From positions 5,440,001-5,504,000 of the forward strand of contig OZ251539.1 of assembly GCA_965243135.1 (NCBI GenBank): DNA of 64,000 bases. The letters run 5' to 3'. This stretch comes from Alphaproteobacteria bacterium (GTDB taxonomy: Bacteria > Pseudomonadota > Alphaproteobacteria > MPNO01 > UBA830). Of this stretch, positions 43,006 to 51,567 are shown in pieces. Below the pieces are notes generated by a model that searched no databases, had not been told where the DNA came from, and was given only the letters and a program-made list of their open reading frames with translations. The position numbers and the translations under genes were made by a program. Positions within the stretch are counted from its first letter, which is position 1, and the number at the start of each line of letters is the position of its first letter.

Positions 43006-44014
43006 CGCGTGAGACGCTACTTGCCAGAGGCGGGCCAAGCGAGAACGGCTTCATCCGCCATGCCTACCGGCCGTTCGATAACCGCTGGCTCTATTGGGAG
43101 GCGGACACCAAGCTGCTCGACGAGAAGCGCGCCGACTACAAGTCGCATGTGTTCGAAGGAAATCTGTGGCTATGCAATGCGCAACATGTGCGGAAGGGTG
43201 CAGACGAACCGCAGGCGTATTTCACGCGACACATCGGCGCGCGGCACTTGATCGAACGCGGCGCCAACTGGTTCCCTGCCTGGCTTCGCGACGACAACGA
43301 AGACACTGGCCGCCGCCCGAACCTGTCCGGCGCCGCACGCCGCTACCTCGACCGCCTCGGCCTCGATGTCGAAGATCTGTTCCACCAAGTCCTCGACACC
43401 CTCCACGACCCCGCCTACCGCGAGGCCAACGCCGGGGCGCTGCGCATAGAATGGCCCCGCTTCCCGGCTGGCCCGATGGTGCCGACCCCGATGCAGCGGC
43501 GGCCCTCGCCGCATCGGCCGCGCGCGGACGCGACCTCGCCGCCCTGCTCGACCCGGCAACCCCGGTTCCCGGTGTCACGCAAGGCCCGCTACGCCCGGAG
43601 ATCGCCGCCGTCGCCGTCCCCGCCACCGCGGACGGGCGCAATATGGCCAACGACGATTTTGCGCTCGCCGCCGGTTGGGGCCATCTCGGCGGGGGCGGGG
43701 TTATGCCCGGCCAAGGCCGTATCGTCGAGCGCGCCTACACCCCGGAGGAACACGCCGCTCTGGGCATCCTCCTGCCCGCCATCGGCGCCACCACCTTTGA
43801 TGTGTCCTTGAACGCCCATACCTTCTGGCGTAATGTCCCTGCCACTGTCTGGCGCTACAAGCTCGGCGGCTACCAAGTGCTCAAAAAATGGCTCTCCTAC
43901 CGCGAACGTAATATCCTCGGATGTATGTTCTCACCCGAGGAAGTCCAGCACTTCACGGATACGGCGAGGCGAATCGCGGCAATAACAAATGCATTCATCG
44001 AGCGTATCTCATGA
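43006..44014 (+). pseudogene. Orphan C-terminal specificity region of a type ISP (LlaBIII/LlaGI-like) R-M enzyme, frameshifted near 43460
   Basis: AYRPFDNRWLY, YREANAGALRIEWPR, VWRYKLGGYQVLKKWLSYR; no MTase or helicase part. Confidence 0.8.
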
Positions 44015-44032
44015 ATTCAGGGCTCCAATTAT

Positions 44033-44701
44033 ATGAAGGAGAGTGTTGTGAAAAATAAAATAAAATCCATTGAAGTATTTCAGGATTTGTTCTTGAAATT
44101 CTCGGAAGAACGCCGACAAGAAGTTCGGCAGGCACTTCGGCAGCATGTCGAAGATCCTTGGCGTCATGCGGAAGAAAGAGAACAGGACATATCCGAAGAT
44201 GTCATGGCATTCGAGCGCAGATCGAGAGATGATCTTCCAGCTTCCGGTTTATCCCTTTGGGCTGGACAAGATGGATATAAAGTGGTCAATATTGTACCCT
44301 TGAAAGTCGGCGAAATAAGTATAAATATTTACAATGATGTGCTTAATGACTTCGTAGATCGTGTTGTGCGACAGGCGTCTGAGGTTTCGAGATTTGATAT
44401 AACAATCAGTGAACGAAAACAGTCCATTACCGACTGGACGTCCCAGGAAGCGGCCGATGCCCTTCATCGTTTCTCTGTAGCAGCAAACAAATCTACTGGA
44501 TCTGGTCACCCTGCAGATCGAAAAAGATGGTTTGACTTTTTGTTTTCCGCTCGCAGAGCTCAGAGGAAACCTGACTCCGACTTATTGGAAAGATGGCTAA
44601 CCGAAGTAGAAGAATGGCCACCGGACGCCGCTGAAAAGCTCATCTACCAGTATGAATTCGGAATGGACTTTCTGGACGCATATGACCACTCGTACCGATA
44701 A
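44033..44701 (+). CDS. Hypothetical protein (NIVP / ANKSTGSGHPxD motifs)
   Basis: 222-aa AT-richer ORF; its stop overlaps the next start (TAATG). A GTG at 44048 may be the real start. Confidence 0.8.
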   Translation: MKESVVKNKIKSIEVFQDLFLKFSEERRQEVRQALRQHVEDPWRHAEEREQDISEDVMAFERRSRDDLPASGLSLWAGQDGYKVVNIVPLKVGEISINIYNDVLNDFVDRVVRQASEVSRFDITISERKQSITDWTSQEAADALHRFSVAANKSTGSGHPADRKRWFDFLFSARRAQRKPDSDLLERWLTEVEEWPPDAAEKLIYQYEFGMDFLDAYDHSYR

Positions 44702-45405
44702 TGCCGGCCTCCTCCTTGAGCGGCAATAATTCGGAGAGCGTAACCTCACGTTTCTTGTGCCTAGATACGTGTGTAATCCTGGACATCGTCCGGGACCCAA
44801 CTCGGAACGATATTCGTACGCGTGACCATACCGCGTCTTTGGAGCTCTTGAGCATGGCAGAGCGCAGCAAAGACCTTATAGTCTATATTGCCGAACAGGT
44901 GCGTAATGAATTCCACAACAATGTGGATGTTGTGCAAGAAGAATCCAAGAATGCGCTCTCGAAATTTCGAGATACGGCATCCAAGATCGATCGGCTTTCC
45001 GCCTTGTATGGTGCATCGGGCAGAACCGACCTAAGCCACTTGAATAATCATGAGGTTCGATGTCGCGAGGTGGCGGATCGTTGGATGAAGATCGGCGTAC
45101 CAGTTCATCCCTCTGGGCATGTTTTTTCGCGAGCGTTTACGCGAATAAATCAGGCTCTTACCCCGGCAAAAAAGGGGAAAAATTCCATGGCGGATTGCGT
45201 TATTTTGGAAACTTATCTTGAACATATTCACAAACTTCGTAGCGATGGTATCACAGGGCATGCAGTGTTCGTATCTTCAAATACAAGAGATTATGCAGGA
45301 ACGAGTGGGGCTGCTATCCGGGACGATATTGAGCAAGAATTCGATAATCTTAAATTAGAATATGCACCTAACATGGCTGCCGCCGAGCATTTCCTGAAGC
45401 TCTAA
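44701..45405 (+). CDS. PIN-domain protein (DUF4935-like)
   Basis: LDTCVILD, VRNEF, ADCVILE, FVSSNTRDY: the acidic PIN tetrad appears intact. Confidence 0.8.
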   Translation: MPASSLSGNNSESVTSRFLCLDTCVILDIVRDPTRNDIRTRDHTASLELLSMAERSKDLIVYIAEQVRNEFHNNVDVVQEESKNALSKFRDTASKIDRLSALYGASGRTDLSHLNNHEVRCREVADRWMKIGVPVHPSGHVFSRAFTRINQALTPAKKGKNSMADCVILETYLEHIHKLRSDGITGHAVFVSSNTRDYAGTSGAAIRDDIEQEFDNLKLEYAPNMAAAEHFLKL

Positions 45406-45612
45406 TCGGCGATCGTACGCTCCGGCATCGCCTCTGCAACGACCTTTCCAACTTTATCCGCATCTTCGCACACGATGCGCCAGCGCGTGCGAACTGGAGC
45501 TGTCCCCGGTCTTGAGCGTATCGCGGGACCAGGAAGGCGTCGGCGCTGCGGTCGCCGAGAAGCGCGGCGAGGGTCGCCCTGACGGTGTCGCGCCATGCGT
45601 TTTGCCGCGGCG

Positions 45613-46141
45613 ACGGCGACGGACCCCCGCCGCCTCGAAAACTTCCTGCGTTCCGCCGAGGCTTACCGGCGCTGGAGCGACGGTTCCGCCGCGGCCGGAG
45701 GTCCTGGAAAGGGCGCAGGAACTGAGCGGGGTCGCGTCCGTCACGGAAGTGGCTTCCTACGGCGAATGGCGGGAAGAAAGCGAAGCGCTCGCGATTTCCG
45801 GGAAGAAGATCCTGGCGGACGAATCGACGTTCGGTGTTCATCTGCGAAGGCAGACGGCAGGGGAAAGCAGGGTCGAGAGCGCAGTGGAAGCGGTGTCGGC
45901 GCGCCACGGGCTGGACGACGAGTTCGGCCGGACGGAGTCGCAACGCAAAGACAGCGAAGGCCGGCAGTCCGGGGATTTTCGCGACGGGCAAGGAGATGAT
46001 TTTGCGGGCGGACGGAACGAGGTTGCAGGCGGGGACGTCCGGAGCGCGCCAACGGAGGCCGAACGGGACGAATGCGAGAACGTTCGGTCGGAGACGGAAG
46101 AAGAAACCTCTGACAAGTCCCGCGGTGGCCTGAGCCTTTGA
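45613..46141 (+). pseudogene. Relaxase-primase copy 3, internally deleted mosaic
   Basis: Pieces match ~38385-38427, ~39373-39420 and ~39825-40265; same C-terminus KSRGGLSL. Confidence 0.85.
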
Positions 46142-46875
46142 CGCTTTGCGAACTGCCGGGCATTGCGGAAAGCGGTCGACAGTTGCTGTGGCCACAAGTC
46201 GCGGACGAAGTCGGCAGCGCGTACATCGGCGTCGTCGTTGAAGTCGGTGTGCCGCGTAATATCGGAAATACCTTCAGCGACATCGGCAGCAGCTTCCGTA
46301 CATCGGCGGCGTCGTTGATGTCGGTGTGCCGCCCCGAGCCGGAGCATTCGAGTCCGGCCGCGGGTTTGGCTCGGACGGCAGGTCTTGAAGCATTGCCGAA
46401 ACCTGCCGTCGGGAGGCGAGAGCCTTGGATCCCACCGTTCGGGAAGCCGTTTCGGCTTGGTTGAGGCATCTTGTCCTCCTCCTTCGACATCGGCGGTCGG
46501 CGATCCCTGTCGCGGGGGCGGTCTGGCCGATGGGTTCCGAGGCGGTGGCGACATTCGCCGCGGGGGCGCTGCCCAAAAGGTGCCCGTTGTTCGGCCGAAC
46601 TCGGGCGTCCAACGCCGACGGCCTTGCGGGGCCGCACCTGCGCCAGCCTCCGTTCCACGGAATGGTCGAGGAGACGGCCGGCATTCGGCGCAGGGTGGAC
46701 GCCTGAACCAGGAAAAGTTTTCTGCCGTGTTCCGCAGGCATCCGGCGGGGATCCTGCACGGCCGCCCGAACGCGGTCGCCGAGAGCGCTGACTTCCAGCC
46801 GCGGTCGGAGCGAGCAGGCAGCATGCCTTTGAATGGCGACAACACAGGCTGTAACCTCGCACCCGGAGACGGGAA
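46142..46875. repeat. Diverged copy of the spacer 40266-40913 that precedes each ankyrin gene
   Basis: Long near-identical stretch, e.g. CAGGGTGGACGCCTGAACC...TTCCGCAGGCATCCGGCGGGGATCCTGCACGG...GGAGACGGGAAATG. Confidence 0.85.
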
Positions 46876-47964
46876 ATGGCATCGAAAGTTCTGGCTGCGG
46901 CATGCGTTGTCTGGTGGTCTGTGACGGCAACCGCCGCGAGCGCGCAAGCAGCCTGTGACGAATGGAATACGCAGGCCTTCTTCGAGAAGGCCGTGGCCTC
47001 GGACGTGACGCGCTGCTTGGCGGAATTCGGTGCTGAGGTAAACGCACGGGGTGAGGACGGATTGACGCCCCTGCACTTGGCGGCGGCAGTCAGCAAGACC
47101 CCTTCTGTGGTGGCGGTGCTGCTGAACGCCGGAGCCGACCTGAAGGCACGGGATGTACACGGATGGACGCCGCTGCGTTGGGCGGCGGCATTCAGCAAGA
47201 CCCCTTCTGTGGTGGCGGCGCTGCTGGATGCCGGAGCCGACCTGAAGGCACGGGATAAGTCAGGGCGGACGTTCTTGCATCTGTCGACGAGGTTCAGCGA
47301 GACGCCTTCCGTGGTGGCGGTGTTGCTCGACGTTGGTGCCGACCCGAAGGCACGGGATAAGTATGGAGAGACGCCCTTGCATATGGCGGCGAGGTTCAGC
47401 GAGACGCCTTCCGTGGTGGCGATGCTGCTCGACGTTGGTGCCGACCCGAAGGCACAGAGTAAGTCTGGAGAGACGCCCTTGCACATGGCGGCGGCGTCCA
47501 GCGAAACGTCTTCCGTGGTGGCGGCGCTGCTCGACGCCGGAGCCGGTCTGGAGGCGCGGGATAAGTTAGGATGGACGCCCATGCATCAGGCGGCGGCATT
47601 CAGCGAGACCCTTTCCGTGGTGGCGGCGCTGCTGGATGCCGGAGCCGGTCTGGAGGCGCGGGATGTACGCGGATGGACGCCCCTGCATGCGGCGGCGGCG
47701 TTCGGCGAGACGCCTGCTGTGGCGGCGGCGTTGCTGAACGCTGGCGCCAACCTGAATGCGCGGGATGTGACCGGACAGACACCCCTGCATGCGGCGGCAG
47801 TGCTCAGCAAGACCCCTTCTGTGGTGGCGGCGCTGCTGGACGCGGGAGCGGATCCGAGGGCGAAGGACGCAGAAGGCCAGATTCCCTGGAATTTGATTCC
47901 CGACGACTCCACTCTCAAGGGAACGGATGTCTATTGGCGGCTTCACGAGGCGCGCTTCGAATAA
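46876..47964 (+). CDS. Secreted ankyrin-repeat protein (8 repeats), paralog of 40914-42611
   Basis: Same signal peptide and caps; 8 repeats. Confidence 0.95.
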   Translation: MASKVLAAACVVWWSVTATAASAQAACDEWNTQAFFEKAVASDVTRCLAEFGAEVNARGEDGLTPLHLAAAVSKTPSVVAVLLNAGADLKARDVHGWTPLRWAAAFSKTPSVVAALLDAGADLKARDKSGRTFLHLSTRFSETPSVVAVLLDVGADPKARDKYGETPLHMAARFSETPSVVAMLLDVGADPKAQSKSGETPLHMAAASSETSSVVAALLDAGAGLEARDKLGWTPMHQAAAFSETLSVVAALLDAGAGLEARDVRGWTPLHAAAAFGETPAVAAALLNAGANLNARDVTGQTPLHAAAVLSKTPSVVAALLDAGADPRAKDAEGQIPWNLIPDDSTLKGTDVYWRLHEARFE

Positions 47965-48740
47965 GCCATCTTGGACAAACAGGACCGGGAAAAGGCGCAC
48001 TCCCTGTCTCCCGGGTGGCAGCGGCGAGAACGTATTTCGTCCATCGACCGGGGGAGTTGCTTGCCGGATTTCCCGCGGAACCGGAGGTTTCGGACAGTGC
48101 CGTATGCAGCCGTTGCAAACTCTGTGCGCCGGCGAGCTGGGACGGACAGCCCCGAGTAGTGAGGGGAGGCTCGCGTCACAAGGCTCGTCGACGCGGTCCG
48201 GAGCGCGGCGCGGAGAAATTCCGGAATGCGGACGACCGGCCGGATTCCGTGACCGATTCCTTCGTGCGGCTGAACGGAAAGAAAGGACCGCCCGCGCCGG
48301 CACGGGACGGACGCACATGATCTGCCTCGACGGTCAGGAGAGTGTCCGGGGCGGATGAAGGCTCTCGCGGAGAACCTTGAACTCGACGAAACGTTGCGAA
48401 GCGGCATCGCAGCGGGGGTAAAGTATCTCGAAGCCGGAGAGGGTGCCCGGCGGTAGGTCGATGGCTGGCGGACGGCAACGGCGAAGTGCGAGGCGCGGCG
48501 GCAGGTCCTGGAAAGGGCACGGAACTGAGCTGGGCGCGTCCGTCACGGAAGTCGCGTCTTACGGCGAATGGCGGGAAGAAAGCGAAGCGCTCAGGATTTC
48601 GGGACGGATCATGCCCACCGACGAAGCAAGTTACGGTCCACATGCGGAAGCAGCCGACAGGAGAAAGCAGAGTCGAGAGTACCGTGGAAGCCATATCGCA
48701 CCGACTGGGCGACGAGGTCGGCCGGACCGAAACAGGTTGA
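47965..48740 (+). repeat. Copy of spacer 42612-42819 followed by decayed relaxase 3'-region copy 4
   Basis: Collinear with 42612-43000, then ASVTEVASYGEWREESEALRISG-type sequence with frameshifts. Confidence 0.8.
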
Positions 48741-48953
48741 TCAGAACTTCGTTCCGATCGGCGGAACCTCAAACACGGCAGGGGCCAAAGAGCGGCGTCC
48801 TCGGAAAGAGGCTCCCGATCAAACGCTGGCTGGCGGCGACCTTCGGCCAAACGTCGCCCTCGGAGCGCGCGGCGGAGAGAACGCGAGGTCGAATGAGCGG
48901 TTGAAGCTCATTCATGCGCTTTCCGCTCTCCGTCCGGTGCGGCGTCGACCTGT

Positions 48954-49319
48954 TCACGAGCGCCAACGAACGCAAATTCCTTCGTTGCTGCGTTTGTGGT
49001 AGTCCACGATACCGGCTTTCTTGAGAATTGCCGCAACGTAGTTCGCGTGACGCTTGGTCCAACCCCGCTCATCGAACCGGCTCTGCAGCGAATCCGGCGT
49101 TGCGGCCCTCTTCGACGTCTCGATCAGGATCTCGGCTTCTTGTTCCACGATATCCGCCGCGGCTTGGAACTCTTCCCACGTTATGGGGACCTGCTGCTGC
49201 GATTTTCCAGCCTCGATAACCACCGTCGGTTCGAGCTGTCCGATCACGAATTCCCCCGCGCCGCTTGGCGTTTTGATGCCGGGCGACAGGGCTCGCACGA
49301 TCGTTTCTTTGATATCCAT
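48954..49319 (-). CDS. Small hypothetical protein (121 aa)
   Basis: MDIKETIVRALSPGIKTPSG...ANYVAAILKKAGIV; AAGGA RBS-like sequence; globular composition. Confidence 0.65.
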   Translation of the reverse strand: MDIKETIVRALSPGIKTPSGAGEFVIGQLEPTVVIEAGKSQQQVPITWEEFQAAADIVEQEAEILIETSKRAATPDSLQSRFDERGWTKRHANYVAAILKKAGIVDYHKRSNEGICVRWRS

Positions 49320-49399
49320 GCAGAATTTCCTTTTTTCGGAGTTTCGTTCGAAGGGGGAACAGCCGTTGCAGCTGGCTCCAAAGCTGATATTTTGCCAGC

Positions 49400-50095
49400 G
49401 CAATCCGAATTTATCCCTACCGGGTGAGTGGATCAAGGGCAAAACGGGGAAACGCTGCCGATCCCGAATGAAAACGCGCTGGCCGGCTTGCCGCATAGTT
49501 GGAGATCGAGACCATGGTGCGCAAGATGGCGAACGGCGGCGGTCCGCCGGATCGGGAAGCGGGTGGCGGCGCGACAGATTCGTGCCCCAAGGAGCTACGC
49601 CGCTGGCTCCGGAACGAAGAGTTCGAACGGTTGCCCAACAACCGGACGCGCGGGCACATGCCTGCGGATCTGGCGCGCTGCATCTTCGCGTCCGCTTTCG
49701 GCGAAGCTCTCGGACGCTCGCCGAAGGCGGACGACTTCCCGGCTGAACTGGCGCCGAACCACAGAAACTGGAAATCCGGCAAATTCGCCGACAGGTACCA
49801 GCTCGGAAACCGACCGGCGAGCACGAGCCGCATTTCTAGGGACGTGCCCTGTTTCATCCATCCGGACACCGCGCAGTGCCGCAGTCTCGCCGTAAGCGAG
49901 GCGGCCCGCCTGCAGACGTCCCCCGACGACTGCTTCTTCAAGGGGAATCGCACTTGGCAGTACGTGCAGGTAGGCAATGCGGCGCCTCCGGTCCTTGCTC
50001 GCCGGATCGCGGAGAGTCTCTGGAATGTCCTGGAGCGCTGCGGACCGACGGAACAATGGGCCGATTGCCGCAGCGCCGTCCTGGAGCCGGCATGA
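49400..50095 (+). pseudogene. C-terminal remnant of a C5 methyltransferase heading the Mza-like operon
   Basis: RGHMPADL, FIHPD.AQCRSL..SEAARLQT.PD...QVGNA; motifs I-VIII absent and small deletions present; ATGA overlap with the ATPase. Confidence 0.8.
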
Positions 50096-51567
50096 CGCGC
50101 CGCGGCGACACGCGGGTCGTCGCGCCCCGCGCGGCCTCCCTGATCGAGAGCATGCGCAGCATCGGCTATTCTCTCCAGACTGCCGTCGCGGACATCATCG
50201 ACAATTCGGTGACCGCCGGCGCCCGGAAGATCGAACTCCTCTCCGACACCGATTCCGAACTGCCTGCTCTGGGCGTCCTCGACGACGGCGACGGAATGGA
50301 CGAGGCGGAACTCATGGAGGCGATGCGGCCCGGTACGAAGAGTCCCCTCGACGGCCGCGAGGCGGCCGATCTCGGTCGTTTCGGTCTCGGACTGAAGACG
50401 GCTTCCTTCTCGCAGTGCCGGCGCCTGACCGTGGTCACCCGCAGGGACGGAGCGACATTCGCCGCGATCTGGGATCTGGACACGGTTGCGGAAATGGACG
50501 AGTGGCTGGTCGAGATCCCGGGCGACCATGCAGCGCTTCCGTGGTTCGAAAGGCTCGGTTCGAGCGGCACCCTCGTCGTCTGGCAGAAGCTCGACCGCCT
50601 GACCGGCGCCGAGGGCGACCGCGGCAACCTCGTTCGCCAGATCGACTGGACGGCTTCGCATGTCGAGTTCGTGTTTCACCGTTTCATGTCCGGGCGGAGC
50701 GGACGGCGAAGAATCAGGGTATTTCTCAACGGAGGCGAACTGGCGCCCTTCGATCCCTTCCACTCGCATCATCCGGCGACGCAGGCGGGCGCGGTTGAGA
50801 AGATCCCGTTCGGCGGGAAGACGATCCGGGTGCAGCCCTATACCCTTCCGCACCACGCCAAGGTCTCGCCCGACGAATGGGACAGGTACGGAGGACCTGA
50901 AGGATACGCGAGGAATCAGGGATTCTACCTGTATCGAAACAGGCGCCTCATCGTTCACGGAACGTGGTTCGGGATTGTCAGGCAATCGGAGATCGCGAAG
51001 CTGTGCCGTGTCCGAATCGACATACCGAACAGCCTCGACGCCGAGTGGAAGATAGACGTCAGAAAGGCTTCGGCGCAGCCGCCGCCTCAGGTCCGCGAGA
51101 GGCTCAGGAAGATCATCGATCCCATCATCGAGCCATCCAAACGAACGTATAAGGTGCGGGGCAAACGCCTGGTCGAAGGCACTCAGCTGCCGGTATGGAC
51201 GCGAACGCAGAACAAGAACGAGATATTCTACGGCCTGAATCTGGAACATCCGCTCTTCGACGGTTTCATGGGCGCGCTCGACGAGCGGGACAAGCAGAAA
51301 TTCCGTAGACTGATCGGATTGATCGTCTCCACGCTGCCGATCGACGCGCTGTTCGCGGACATCGGCGAAAAACCGCAAGACGTGACCGGGCGGGCCCTCG
51401 ACGAGGACGGTTTCGCGGAGATCGTGGAGTCAACCTATCGAGCGCTCCGAAAAGGCGGCTTTCCACCCGAAAAGGCGATGTCGATGATGCAATCCGCCGA
51501 ACCCTTCAGATCCGACTGGCTGCGCGCCGAGGAAATCATCGAGACAATCGAACGGACGGCAGGATGA
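50092..51567 (+). CDS. MutL/MORC-like GHKL ATPase (MzaB-like)
   Basis: ADIIDNS, DDGDGM, LGRFGLGLKTAS, GT, QGFYLYRNRRLI. Confidence 0.92.
   Translation: MTRRGDTRVVAPRAASLIESMRSIGYSLQTAVADIIDNSVTAGARKIELLSDTDSELPALGVLDDGDGMDEAELMEAMRPGTKSPLDGREAADLGRFGLGLKTASFSQCRRLTVVTRRDGATFAAIWDLDTVAEMDEWLVEIPGDHAALPWFERLGSSGTLVVWQKLDRLTGAEGDRGNLVRQIDWTASHVEFVFHRFMSGRSGRRRIRVFLNGGELAPFDPFHSHHPATQAGAVEKIPFGGKTIRVQPYTLPHHAKVSPDEWDRYGGPEGYARNQGFYLYRNRRLIVHGTWFGIVRQSEIAKLCRVRIDIPNSLDAEWKIDVRKASAQPPPQVRERLRKIIDPIIEPSKRTYKVRGKRLVEGTQLPVWTRTQNKNEIFYGLNLEHPLFDGFMGALDERDKQKFRRLIGLIVSTLPIDALFADIGEKPQDVTGRALDEDGFAEIVESTYRALRKGGFPPEKAMSMMQSAEPFRSDWLRAEEIIETIERTAG

Noticed and set aside
40991-47582. Repetitive antisense ORFs opposite the ankyrin genes
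   Set aside because: Mirror of the ankyrin repeats; no independent evidence of coding.
40914-47964. Ankyrin genes as mzaA of the downstream Mza-like operon
   Set aside because: They have signal peptides and no sigma-like domain, and are separated from the operon by other genes.
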